Below, piece by piece: positions 10,633 through 24,600 of a stretch of 64,000 nt of DNA (the first letter of the stretch is position 1; each line of letters opens with the position of its first letter). Source of the DNA: Mobula hypostoma (lineage: Eukaryota); the NCBI RefSeq assembly GCF_963921235.1, contig NC_086097.1:77316001-77380000 (forward strand), read 5' to 3'. Position numbers and translations under genes: made by a program. Under the pieces are notes generated by a model. It was not told where the DNA came from. It saw only the letters and a program-made list of their open reading frames with translations, and did not search any database.

Positions 10633-13112
10633 CTTGGTAGGAAATACAGAAAGTTTTGTGGACTCAAAGTTTTGTGCCACTCAAAATCCCCAGGAGTCCT
10701 TTATGTGTCTGATGTGAGGGTGATGAGGAGCTGCTGAATTGGGCTCTGTTACTCTCTAACTTTCCTCACAACGTGTCCTGATGTTCTTGTGCATACAGGG
10801 GTAAGATCAGTTGCTGCATTTCCCACTAGCAAATGTATTTACTCCACTGATGCTCCTTCTTAGTTTTGAAAGATCTTTCCAGGAAAAAAGGAGAACTATT
10901 AGAAATCTTGTTGAAAAAATAATAGATATATTGCCTGAGGAACAATGCGCGCTCCATTGTGATGGGCTGTAAAGTTCTAGCTGGAAGCAGCACACAGTAA
11001 AGGCCTCTGAGAATATTTTTGTGTCTTGCTTATTTCAGTGGAGCATCTCACAGTGTTACACTTGGTTGGATGTCTTTGTCCATTTACATTCTCCAATTGC
11101 TTTTGTATTGTATGGAGAATATTACAGTGTAGGCAAAGGATATTTAGGAACTGGGAACAAACTATTAGCAAATCATACTGAAGAACTGTGAAATAAGCAA
11201 TGAAATCATTATGAAGGAAAGGAGTTAAATAGTACAAAGTTAATGTCAAATTAGGTACAGAACTTAAAGAGAGATGGAAAATTAGAATGGAGGAAAAGCA
11301 ATAGAAAAATGATTGTGTTTAAAATTCTTGCATGTTTACAAGTCGCTAACTGAAGTTAGCTGGGACTGAGTGAACCAAAAGCTGTTGTTGTTCTGCAGCC
11401 ATTAGAAGCTTTCTGAATCACATGGCTGACCTTGGCTGAGATTGGGCACCCTGTTGTTTTGAGAAGAGGTGGCCAAAGAGGCTGATGCTGGGAATGAAGC
11501 TGCAAGAACGATAGATGAAATGCTCCGAGAGTTTAGTGATCAAATTCTGTTTCCCATCAATGGCACTGCTGTTCAGTTGAATGCACCCACCATCGTCAAC
11601 AAATATTCATATTGATACAGCTACCATTGTCTTAAATCTTATATCAAAATCTCATAGCTCCCACACACAGTTACTATCACCTACTCACTAACACTTGTCT
11701 CTGTTGCAGGAAGAGAAGGCATATAACTAATGGCAGTAGCAGAAGACCATCAGCAGAGAAACCTTACACTGGTCTTCTAGTTAATTGGTTCACAGGAATT
11801 CAGGAAAGAGCGCTGGTACTGGAGCAGATGCCTTAAGTACATGACTGGGGTAGGCTGAGACACTTGAATTGTTACACCATGAAAATGTTATACTTTTGGT
11901 GAAAAAATAGTTTTTTTGGACCAAGGAATAAACTGATTGCAAACCTGTCAGTTTAACCCTGGTGGTGGTGCAAGTTCTAGAAATAACAATCATTAATAGA
12001 ATTAACAATGTGGATTGCTGACAGAGAACCAGCAGGAGTTTGATAAAAATAAGTCAACTTTTTGATGAACTAAGAAAGAGCTCTGAACAGAATGGCATTT
12101 AAGAGGTTTTTCACGAGACACATGGATATGCAGGGAACGGTAGGTGTAATGAATTCTTCAGGCCTTTGCAGAGTTTCAAAGAATGTTGGGCTTCAAGGCC
12201 TTTGGAGCACCGGAATTGGTTAATTTTTGTTTAACGGGAGTTGTTAATCCCTGGCATCTTCCGTTTAACCTTGTTAAGTTTATTTTTACAGACTTGGGGA
12301 TTCCGCATTACTAGTATTATTTAAGTGGATGCTCTATTAGCACTATCACGTGGTTCTAATTTTGAGTATGTTACATTTCATGGTGTCACTTGGCTGAGCC
12401 ACCGATGTTCTGTTGGAATTCTTATGTATAAATCCTGGTCACAAGAATCCACATGGGAATCTGTCCTTCCTCCACACATAGAGTCCCATCATTGCCAGCA
12501 CACATTGTGACAGGAAGGATATGGATCTTGAGGAGTCTGAAGAGACTTGTTTGATTTGGCATAGTGATCAGCATAGACACTGTGTGCAGACATCTTGTGC
12601 TGTACTGTTCTATATTCTGTGCTCTTGTTCTCAGACAAAACCTCATACCCTCCAACTTTGGAACATGACCCCACAATCAAACGTCAAGCCATGAGCTCCC
12701 AGACAGTCATGACCTTGCTTCTATGTGAAATCTTCTCTCCACATCTTCCAGTATTATAATGTCCCAGCCTTGCACAGCCCACTTCTAACTCCTGTCCAAA
12801 ATCCATAGGCAGAACCAAAGTTACAGCCTGCTCTTGCTCCGACCTTGACTCCATCCTTTCTCCTCTGTTCTTGTCTTTTCCCACGTATATCCATGACACC
12901 TGTGACACATATGATGCTCTCTGCCCCTTTGACCATTTCAATTCCCTGGTCCCAAACTGGCTCAACTTCACCGTGGTGTACAGTTCCTTTATACATCAGA
13001 ATGGTCTAAGGGTCCTCCGCCTCCTCCTTGGAACACCTCCCCTCCACCAACATACTTAACTTGCTTGCTAACCTTACTCTCATTCTGAATGTCTTCTCCT
13101 TCAATTCAACTC

Positions 13113-13753
13113 TGTGGTTAAGAAGGTATACGGTGCCTTGGCCTTCATCAACCGTGGGATTGAGATTAAGAGCCAACAGGTAATGTTGTAGCTATATAGG
13201 ACCCTGGTCAGACCCCACTTGGTGAACTGTGCTCAGTTCTGGTTGCCTCACTACAGTAAGGACGTGGAAATCATAGAAAGGGTGCAGAGGAGGTTTACAA
13301 GGATGTTGCCTGGATTGGGGAGCATGCCTTATGAGAATAGGTTGAGTGAACTCGGCCTTTTCTACTTGAAGCGACGGAGGATGAGAGGTGACCTGATAGA
13401 GGTGTACGAGATAATGAGAGGCATTGATCATGTAGTTAGTCAGAGGCTTTTTCCCAGGACTGAAATGGCTTGCACGAGAGGGCATAGTTTTAAGGTGCTT
13501 GGAAGTAGCTACAGAGGAGATGTCAGGTGTAAGTTTTTTACGCAGAGAGTGGTGAGCACATGGACTGGGCTGCTGGCGGTGGTGGTGGAGGTGGAAACAA
13601 TAGGGTCTTTTAAGAGACTTTTGGGTAGGTACATGGAGCTTAGAAAAATAGAGGGCTATGGGTAAGCCTAGGTAGTTCTAAGGTAAGGACATGTTCGGCA
13701 CAGGTTTGTGGGCCGAACGGCCAGTATTGTGCTGTAGGTTTTCTATGTTTCTA
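13113..13753 (+). mobile_element. CR1 3' fragment, subfamily A
   Basis: ORF 13219-13665 (ERVQRRFTRMLPG, RGDLIEVY, FFTQRVV) and a TTTCTATG tail. Confidence 0.9.
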
Positions 13754-14677
13754 CGTAAAATGGCAGTGTGAAATTTGAGGAGGATGTCATGAGAATGCAG
13801 GGTGACTTGGATAGGTTGGGTGAGTGGGCAGATGCATGGCAGATGCAGTTTACTGTGGATAAATGTGAGGTTATCCACTTTGGTGGCAAGAACAGGAAGG
13901 CAGATTACTATCTAAATGGTGTCAAGTTCGGAAAAGGAGAAGTACAACGAGATCTAGGTGTCCTTGTTCATCAGTCACTGAAAGTAAGCATGCAGGTATA
14001 GCAGGCAGTGAAGAAAGCTAATGGCATGCTGGCCTTCATAACAAAGGGAATTGAGTATAGGAGTAAAGAGGTCCTTCTGCAGTTGTACAGGGCCCTGGTG
14101 AGACTACACCTGGAATATTGTGTGCAGCTTTGGTCTCCAAATTTGAGAAAAGATATTCTAGCTATTGAGGGAGAGCAGCGTAGGTTCACGAGGTTAATTC
14201 CCGGGATGGAGGGACTGTCATATGTTGAAAGATTGGAGCGACTGGGGTTGTATACACTGGAATTTAGAAGGATAACAGGGGATCTGATTGAAACATATAA
14301 GATTATTAAGGGATTGGACATGCTAGAGGCAAGAAACATGTTCCCGATGTTGGGGGTGTCCAGAAGCAGAGGCCACAGTTTAAGAATAAGGGGTAGGCAA
14401 TTTAGAACAGAGTTGAGGAAAAACTTTTTCACACAGAGGGTTGTGGTTCTGTGGACTGCTCTGTCTCAGAAGGCAGTGGAGGCCAATTCTCTGGATTCTT
14501 TCAAAAAAGAGTTAGATAGAGCTCTTAAAGATAGCGGAGTGAAAGGATATGGGGAGAAGGCAGGAGAAGGGTACTGATTGTGGATGATCAGCCATGATCA
14601 CAGTGAATGGTGGTGCTGGCTGGAAGGGCTGAATGGCCTACTCCTGCACTTATTGTCTATTGTCTATTGTATATTGT
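13754..14677 (+). mobile_element. CR1 3' fragment, subfamily B
   Basis: ORFs 13768-14001 and 14008-14577 (WQMQF, KKANGMLAFI, LEYCVQ) and a (CTATTGT)n tail. Confidence 0.92.
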
Positions 14678-17029
14678 AACTCAGTTCCTTCAGATCAAAG
14701 GTATAGTGATGAGACTCTCATAACTGTCATTTTGTTGGATTATTTCAGTCTGACTCACTTACACTCCCTCAACACTTTTTCCAGTACATTGTTGACTGCT
14801 GACCTCCACAACTAACTAAGCTATTCTTCATCCTGCCCTGTCTCCTGTTAGGATGCTATTATATTCTGCCAGTTCCTCCATCTCTCTTGCAGTTGCTCCA
14901 ATGATGAGACTTACTGTACAGATGCCTTGCGATGTTTTGTTTCATTCCACTATCTAGGAACATCTAATAGTAGTATGGTCACCCTCTTGTCCTGTATTTC
15001 AGTCACCATGTATCACAACAGCAACAAGGCCCTCTATTTCGGCATAATGAAAAACTTGGTTGTTGACCTAAATGGAGAGTGGGGGTGGGGAAACACAACA
15101 CTGTCCTCATCAACAAAGCTGTTGTAGAGGTGGTCAACAGCTTCAAATTCATTGGCATCCATATGTATAAAGATTGAAGGAGAAACCGGGCAATGGAGTA
15201 TCAACAAACGGTTTTGTTGTGGAGTATGTCACAACAAGTTGCTGACAGGCCAACTCTCCACTTCCTTGCTTTCAACTATTGCAGGATATCTTACTGTAGT
15301 GGGATGACAGATCTCCATGTTCATTCTCTATCCATGTCTGTTTCAAATCCAATCACATAGATAACTTTTATGTGCCATTCCCTGCACACTTAGGTCACAC
15401 TTCCACACATCGTACTCAACATACTGAGGAGGGATGAGTTTGGTTGAAAGGGGTTTTAGATTTGGCTGGTAACTGTAACATGAGATTCATTTTGACTGTT
15501 GCCATTTTAAGCACATTTCTTCACTGCCAGGTTCGTGTCTCTGATGCCTGGGAATAATTTCTCAGACTTTTTTTATTAAAAACTCTGGAGCAAAAGGAGC
15601 TATAAAAATCTTTAATATAGGCAAGATTATAAAGACTCTGGAGTGCAGTAGTGTATATTGAACTGCTGGAATTGTTTCCAAGTATGATAAAGTGTGACGC
15701 ACTTTCAGCCATGAATATCAAGTTGTGCTGTATCATATGTGGTGGCAGATGTGAACTGAGTTTGTCCCTTACTATATGCTGCTTTAAAATGCAGGATCCA
15801 TGAATCAGCTGAAAAACTAGTTTCTCTTTTGGAATTCAGTATTGACAAAATTTAATTTCTGAACTGATTTCTAATGCTATAATGAAGTTTTTCCTGCAAA
15901 GGTTTGAGCTTTCCAAGTCTCTGCTACTGAATTAAAACTAGAGGTTAAAAGTCCTCTGTGATTAACCTCACCACCTCCCACTTCTGAATTGTGTGCAAAT
16001 ATGATCGAATGGAGAAAACTGCTCCAATGGGACAACATGCTGTTCCATGATTGATGGCTTTGATGTAATGCTACATAGCTTGCGTGCAGCAGCCTAGAAC
16101 GTTACCGATCACACCCTCTTAAAAGCCGTGGAAAAGGCCTTTAATCACTGGGTATCGTGTAGGCTGATTGAGGTCAATGCTGGCAATAATTATAATGCAT
16201 CAAGTGAAAATATTCCAGAAATGATAATATTCACAATTTTCTAAAGTGGTTTGAAAAATCAGGCTAGTTATACACATTATATGGAATGTTCTACTGTGAG
16301 GCTGTGTTTTAATTATTTCAATATCTTTTACTGCTTTATGTACCTGGATTCCTTAATATAATGTCATGTTGCAGTTAATTCTGTGTTAAAGCTATGCATA
16401 GCCTTACAGATAAATGTTCCAGTGTAAATCAAAATCGACCAGTATAACTAGATTTTAATCTGCTGGTAAACTATTTACTCGAATCTTGCTGTGAAAAATA
16501 ATGATACTTACTACAACTAAGTGTAAAAATATCTAATATCTTGAGGTGAGGAAGAGATACGCCCTAAAATGTGTATCAGTATAAGCAGCTGGATGGTTTG
16601 TGCCATTGACTTTCATGGAATTGGTGCAATTGCTCATAAATGACAAATAAATTAATTGCAAAAATTAAGAGAATGTTAATTTATGTTCATACATTCCATG
16701 TTTCTGGGGTGCTCTTCAATCTCCCTGTTCTAGAAAAGGAACGATTTATACTGCAGAATCTTACTTCTGTCGATAGTAAACTGTTGTGAGTTATATATCA
16801 ATTTCTGCTACTTCTTTTTCAGTCCCTGATGTGACCATAGTTCAGATTCCTTCTCGGTTACTCTTCTGTTTCCTAGCCCCACCTTAAACTTCATTGAGAA
16901 GTAATATAGACTCCATTGTTCACTTATATCCCATAGGTATTAATGCTCTCATTAAGCTGTTGTCAGCTTCCACTCCTAATGTCTTATTGGTTTAAAAATG
17001 TTAAGCAGAAAGCTAAGGAAATAAGAGCA

Positions 17030-18620
17030 ACCAACATGCCCCAAGATCTCTCTGCACATCAAAGCCAGTAATGGTCCTGCCATTAACTGTATACATTCCC
17101 TTTACAAGTGACATCCCAAAGTGCAATACCTCACAGGTGCCTACATTTCTCCACGCAGATCAATGTCCTGTTACATCCGTTGACAACCTTCTCCACTTTA
17201 TCAACTCTAATAATTTTTGTGTCATCTGTAAACTTACCAACAAACTCATTTGAAATTTTCTCCAAATCATTTACATACATTGAAAACCTGTTCCCTGCAG
17301 AACACCACTGGTCACAGACTTCAACCCAGAATAACACACTTACACCACTGTTTTCCATGTGCAAGCCCATATTAAATCCAAAACACCAAGTCACCATGAA
17401 TCCCTTGCATCTTCTGGGAACTTGTCAAATGCCTTACCACATCAATTACTTTTGTCATCTCCTCAAAAGTCTCAATCAAATTAATAAAACATGACCTGTG
17501 CTGCACAAAGCCATGCTGAATATCCTTAATTTGCCCATGCATTTCCAAATGAGAGAAATCATGCCCTAAGAATCTTCTCCAATAGCTTTCCTACCACTGA
17601 TGTGAAACTTATCAGTCTGTTGTTCCCTGGATTATCCCTCTTTCCCTTCTTAATCAAAGGAATGACATTGATTACTCTCTAGTCCTCTGGGACCTCAACT
17701 GTGATTAGAGAGGATACAAAGAATTTTGTCCAGGGCCCAGTGACCTTCTTTCTTGTCTTTCTCAAAAACCTGGAAGGCGCAGAAGCCTATAAGAACCATA
17801 AGACCCTAAGACATTGGAGCAAAATTAGGCCATTCAGTCCATCAAGACTGCTCTGCCACTTGATCATGGCTGATCCATTTTCCTCTCAACCCTATTACCA
17901 TGCCTTCTACCTGTAACCTTTCATGTCCTGACTTATCAAGAATCTTTCAACCTTTACCTTAAATACACTGAATGACCCTGCTGCCTGTGGCAATGAATTC
18001 CACAGATTCACCACCCTCTGGCTAAAGAAATTCTTCCTCATCTCTGTTCTAAGTGTACATCCCTCTATTTTGAGGTTATGCCCTCTGGTCCTAGACTCCC
18101 CCAAAATAGGAAACATCCTCTCTACATCCACTTTATCTAGGCCTTTGAACATTCGATAGGTTTCAGTGTGATCCCGCTCCATTCTTCTAAATTCCTGTGA
18201 GTACAGACCGAAAGTGATCAAACACTCCTCATATGATAAGCCTTTCATTCCCAGACTAATTATCATGAACCTCCGTTGAATCATCTCCAATGTCAACAAA
18301 TTCTTTCCTAGATAAGAGGCCAGAACTGCTGACAATACTCCACGTGAGGCCTCACCAGTGTTTTATAAAGCCTCAGCATTACATCCTTGTTTTATATTCT
18401 GACCACCTTATCCACCTTAATGCTCTTCAAGGAACCCAAAACCATCACCTAAAGTGCCCTAGCATGTTAGTATATTCCACACCGTTTTCACTTTCCTCCA
18501 TGTCCTTATCCTTGGTGAATACTGATGCAATGTACCTTGCCCACATCTTCTCATTCTAAGCGTAAACTCCCTCCTTTATTTGTGAGTGATAAGTTCCCTG
18601 TCTTCATTGTTCTAATGGTT
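17030..18620 (-). mobile_element. Old CR1 fragment with a younger CR1 (about 17788-18400) nested inside
   Basis: ORF 17131-17397 (KFTDDTKI) and ORF 17907-18335 (NFFSQRVVNLWNSLP); inner tail near 17790-17812. Confidence 0.8.
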
Positions 18621-21600
18621 CTAATATAAACACTATACAATCCATTTGCACCCCATTAATCTACTATAACTAAAACATGCACTGTGCTATCTTAAAGGCA
18701 TAGAATTCTTCACCAGAGCATAGCGCAGGTAAAGCTCGATCTCTGAGTAGTATTTATTGACAAGACATGTGGTCTATCATCGAACATCAGATACATGTTT
18801 ATGAGAGCTAAATAGCTGTGTGCAATCTTTAACTTGTATGCATTTACGTACCCATACTTTCTTATAGCAATTAGAAACTTGAACCCTGTTCAGTTTTCCC
18901 CTTTTCAATACCTCAGTCTAGCAGGCAGCTATCACTGCTACACTGGTTATGAATAAGGATGGACAACTATTTCAAACAATATTAATGGTAGGAACTTATG
19001 AATAGCAGTGTACAGGAGAAAAAAATATTCTGTGTTTGTGGAGTGCCTTTTTTGAGTATGGGAGATGGAAAATAGAATCAGTTGATCAAGTATAGTCCAG
19101 AAAGAAAACTTCCAAACTTGTCATTTTCAGAATCACCCTGAAGAGTTAAAGGTCTGAAGAAATGATTCTTCATCCTAATACAAACTTATTTTTGGTGTCA
19201 AAGAGGTTAATTTGTAGCCATGATCATGTATTACATCATTATGTAGCAATTTTCTTTGTAATGATGAGAATTAACTTCCTTAAACTGAACTTAATCAGCA
19301 ATTAATGGGAAAAAAACCAAGACCCTAAAGAAAATAAGACTATTAAATGTGAGATTTTCTTCCCACAAAGCTAGCATTGAAGTGGCACAATTCAGACAGC
19401 ATTTAAAGTTTTAAATTATATTTATGTAGCCAAACCTCTTATTTGCTTTTTAGCAGCATTACCATCTTGTCTTGCCAGCGTCAATGATTTGCGTATGTGA
19501 ATATCTCCAGGACTTACTGTTCCTGCTTCACCGTTAAATTCAAACAGGCTTTCTCCAGCAATGAACAGCTAGAGCAGTGTTCTGAGAGAGAACAGATGCA
19601 GCTTTCCGCCCACATTCTCCCAAGAAGAGAGGGAATTTTGGAAGTTTACCATGTCCATGTCTGTTCCTTTAAATCTAAGTGCACTTTATATACCGTTCTC
19701 CTAAGCATCAACTATCCACTCTTGGGTGCGTACTGAGTGCACTGCTGAGAGAGCTAAGGGGAAGGGGGCGTGGAAGGAGTAACATATCAGGTTAGATATG
19801 TCAAATAGTTTAACTTAACTTCTTTCCGGGTCAGTCAACTTATCCAATTTATCATTATCAGACATTTCCCATTTCCACAGGAGACCTGAATCCATACAGT
19901 GACTATTCATGTATATTAATGTCCTATCCCTGCTGATTCATCCATTCAGTGTGGACTCTGCAGTTGTCCAGATGTCCATTTCATCACAGGTTCAGTTTTT
20001 AACATGACCTTTCTCATAATTCTTTTTTTGTGCCATATCATTTGTAGAGATAAAATTAAATATAAGCTCCCACATACATTGTCTTTCATTACAGTAGAAA
20101 TAGATGGGTGTAGAAGGTAATCTGTTTTGAGAATGGTCAGTCTCCAACCAGATAGCAAAAGAGGAAGATTCCTGGTTTCCGGCTGTATGGGTAAGTGTTA
20201 ACCTCAGCTGTCTGCAGCATGCTGGGTGCATTCATTCCAGAAATGGCTGGATTGGATCTGTTTCATGCAGGTCAGTCTTCTGAAAGGCAACCATCAGTCA
20301 CCAGTGAGTGTGAGGTCCATTTGCTCTGCTTGCTTCTTTAATGGCAATAAGAATTTTAAAAAAATAGGAAAAGGGAAAAACAATAGTTAATAATAATAAT
20401 CATCATCATCATCATATCCATGTACCTCACGTCTGGCCACTTTTTTCTAAAGATTAGCTTTATTTGTTATATTTACAGTAAAATATACAAGTAAATGCAT
20501 CATTTTTCATCAAATCAAAACAGTGCCTAAGTCATGCAGTCCCTCAGCACTCCACTGAAATATCAGGTTTGATAACTTGCTTAAGTACAAATGAAAGTAT
20601 TTGCTTTCAGCTTTGTTATTAGAAAGAACTTTTGCTTGGATTTAATACACAACAGAAAGACAGGTGTGTAGCTTCAGAACAAGAGCACTTTGCACAGTGG
20701 TGGTGTAAATGCACCAGAAATATATCAAGTAAAAGACAGATTGCCGTTTGTCTGTTTCATTTCCTTTAAAAGGAAATTGGTATGAAGGTGAACCCTGTCA
20801 AAGAGTTGGCAAATGGGAATCGTTTCTGTGCATTGGTAGTTTTTGTGAAGGAGGTGAGATGTTAATGTGTGCCCTGAGTATTTAGATCTCATAGAGCTCT
20901 CCAAAACCATTCGACAGATCCAGACTGTGCAAACCAACACAGATCAGCAATTGTACAGCCAGGAAATTCTTGTTCTAAATTTACAGCTGCTTGACATCCT
21001 GTGTCAAGTAACTTTCAAACAATATTCCTGGTAAAGTTATGCTACTGCATTTACACTGACATTTCAGTGAGATTCCAGAATGAAGTCTGTTCCTTTAAAC
21101 CTCTGCTCACCCACTGATTGCAATCCTAGATTAACTGCTCTTAGAATAATATAGAAATGGATAAATGATTAACCTGGCTAAATTAATTAACATGGTGACT
21201 CTCCCCTTTATACAGCTTGTGTTTCCAGTTTGCTCTGCTTCTATCATTGGGGGATAATTGTGTAAAGCTTCAATGTAATTAGTACTGTTATTCAGTCATC
21301 AGTAATAATGAGAAATCCACTGCAGCTTAACGAGACAATATTTTAGTGCACACTACAACTGGGGAATATTTTACAGCACTAAAGTGGAAAGTAGACTTGT
21401 TCTCACTGTATAATACTTAAACTCTATAACAGTTAAATGAATTCCAAATAAACCTTTGTGTAAATTTTCAACATTCCCTTACAGGAATTACACATTAACT
21501 TTCATATGCAGTTCAATATTATTATCTTTCTTTGACTCTTATCAAACAAGAAGCAACAAGACTACAATTAAATAAAATTGCAATTAAAAGTTTGGTCTGT

Positions 21601-24600
21601 CATTTTCATGCCATTGTTTTGCTCTCCTCCTAAACATCATCTGAACCATCTTTGAGGACATTCTTTCCTGTTGTGAGAATATTTTACAAAAATAATGCTT
21701 GCAAGTATCTTTAATTTTATTGGAATAGTTATTATATATTGAGCTTAATTCTGATGTACTTGCTCCACTATGTGCAGAGTCCTAGTGACTACACTCACCC
21801 GAGTCAGCTGGGCAGGAATCACTGAACCTCCTCATCCAGTGTGACTGAACCTCAAGCACTTCAGAGGTTCACTCCCAGCACACACTGACTGGTTTTTACA
21901 GTAGAGTTGTCAAGGATTATGAATGTTCAGAGTTCTTTAAAATGTTAAAACTGGGACAAAAAAATTATAAAAAAAGCTAAGTAAAAGCATAAAACTTGGA
22001 AATAATGAAAATCTATTAATGTCTTATTTTCCTCTTTGTCTCCTAATACATTGCTATGGGTATTCTCTGAAATCAGTGGGTTGTGAGATGGGTTTTCAGT
22101 GAGGAGTCCCAGTGTACTGCTGGAGAGTTTCAGTAATACTTCACTCCCTTCTGGACTGCAATTTTTTGAATTGATTTAGTTCCTACACTAGACTCTGATG
22201 GTGCTTTCATAATGCTAAGCGTTCTTCCCGCTTCAGATGTGGTACCATCCATCACTAGGGAAACATCAGCATGCGCAAGGAAATCTGAGACTCACTGTAG
22301 TTTCAGCAGCTGAGAGCCACCAGTTACAATCGGAACTGCTGACTCCAGCTAGCAAGACTCTCCCCATTGGTTAACTCTTCATTGTGGAGGCTGCTGAATC
22401 ACATTATGTCACACAAAGGGCTGGACCCAGCTATTTTCAGATCTAATCCCACTCACTGGGCCTGAACAGGGCCACATTTGTATGGTATCACAAAGCTGAT
22501 GGCATTGCTTTCACTGCTGTTCTCTCAAGAACAAATAAAACTTTTAAGTTGTTAAGATCGGTCAATGTAAGGAAGTACTTTAAGCAGCAGAACTTCCTTT
22601 GTAGATAATTAGAGAGCAAGATGCCCGATAAACACATTTTTATTATATGTTGTTATTAGATTGTTATTATATGTTGTATTTTTGGCATATGTTTCAATAG
22701 CTATTTAAGCAGCTCCCTATTGCTTTTTCCCTTCTGGCAATGAGAAGGATGGCTTTGGCAAGCAGAAACCTTTGGTACAATTTGGAAAGTGCCCCACAGC
22801 TACCCTTTTATTTGTATTGCAGAGGGCTGACTTTCATAGCACTGAATACATAAGATGCAGATTGAAACAGCAGAAAACATTTTACATCAATGGTAGATAG
22901 AAGAATACAGCTGGGATATTTTTAGATGTTTGCATTATTGCAACCTTATTTGCTCTGCATCGACCACAGTACCAAAGCATACAACATGTGCATAAATCAA
23001 TGTCTACCAACATTTTGGAGCCGGGCTTTGAAACTACATGTGAAACAAAACAGGTGAAATGTACTTGGTTTGTTTTCTGTCATTGTTTGATATGAGCATT
23101 CCACAATTAGGAATATGGAAATAGGAAATAAAAAGTTACCACACTGATACTAAGCAGTTCATAATCTAAGCACTCTGCTTTAGTCAAAGGCCTGGCAGAG
23201 GACTTCAAGTTATTAATCTTTTATCTTTTAGTAAAATTACATATCACAAATTTATATCAGTTTTTGAAAATCTTAATCTCTAAGAACATTCTTTTGACTT
23301 GTGACTATGTGGTACCCGATTCACAATAAGCAAAGACATATTCATATGGAGCATCATCACGCCTCATAGTAACATTCCAAGGCATTTCATGGAGGTGGTG
23401 CTGCTCTGATATTGTAGTCATGGTAGATTGTGCAGTAGCTATTTTATACACAGTAACATCCCACAAACAGTTAGATAGTCCTGTTGATCGATGAACGAAT
23501 ATTGGGCTGGTCACCAACAACACTTGTTGGTTTTTTCATTGACTACATCATCCACCCAAGCTCTCAGAGCAGGCAGCTGAAGGCTGTTAAATGGATTTAC
23601 AGAGAATCTTCTATATCTTGAATGGTCTGCTCCGAGGTCACAGTAGATAGCATTTGTAAAATACGACCTGTGAAACATTCTTGCTATACTCTCAGTCTAA
23701 ACAGAAGTACCTTTGCGGGCTGGATATTTGCAAGGAAAGTTGGAAATATTTTCCATAAAGTAAAGAATATTGAAAATATTTCTGGGCTTCTGGGCTCACT
23801 CAGTAATGTTCGTTCGCCATATCAACCTTTACCGAATGTACTCAGCCGTCAAAGCACGGTGCTCAACTGGGACTTAAGTAAAACATGTTTCAAATGCCCT
23901 TCTGTCCATTGGGTCCACCTCCACCAACAGTGAACCATCTCCTAACCCTGCCTCTGTTGTCCCGGTTGACTCAGTGGCTGGCTCAGGCCGTGATGTCTCC
24001 ATCTAAACTACCTTCTGATTTTGAAGCATATCTGCCTAATCTTCCACCTTGACCCTCTGATCTCCTGAATTTGTGACTTTACCCAACAGCCCCTGAGGAG
24101 AGCCCAGTGGAAGTTCCAACATTTCCATGAATACACTCCTCCCAGAACACGGACCTGATCTCACCACCAGGGGCATTCCCTTTTTTGCAGCACTCCGTTC
24201 GGCTATATCACTCAAACCAATGACACGTTACTCGGCCCCGTTCTGACTCACCTCCATTGTTTCTCCTATTCTAACTATTTACTTGCACACTGGCCCATCA
24301 CCAGGTTCCGATATCACTCATGACTACCTCTCCTCTTCCCCATTAGTGAATCTGACTACGGCAGCGCCTTGAAAGAGAAAGTGTAGCCATCAATGGCTAC
24401 CAGCATCTGGCACATCCCTTAGGATGTAGCCATATTTCTGGACCATTGAGTTTATGAGCTCTGGGGCTAACTACAGACATTAAAGTATTTTATAATTTAA
24501 GACAAATGGGATATATGCAGTATCAACTAAATCACATACAACCCACATCCACAGTACAAACTGCCCTAGGCTAAGTAATGACTGATTAAGCTATCTTTGT

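Larger units (their letters stand above)
12690..14930 (+). mobile_element. Degenerate Penelope-like RT fragment interrupted by CR1 sequence (13113-14677)
   Basis: Decayed PLE RT motifs: LxKIH, LDSILSPL, PTYIxDT and LILNVFSFNS on the left; QFLQIKG and later QFL on the right. Confidence 0.7.

Noticed and set aside
20095..20190. Plus-strand 96-nt exon (TTACAG...GG|GTAAGT)
   Set aside because: Stops in all three frames and no other support; such sites occur by chance.
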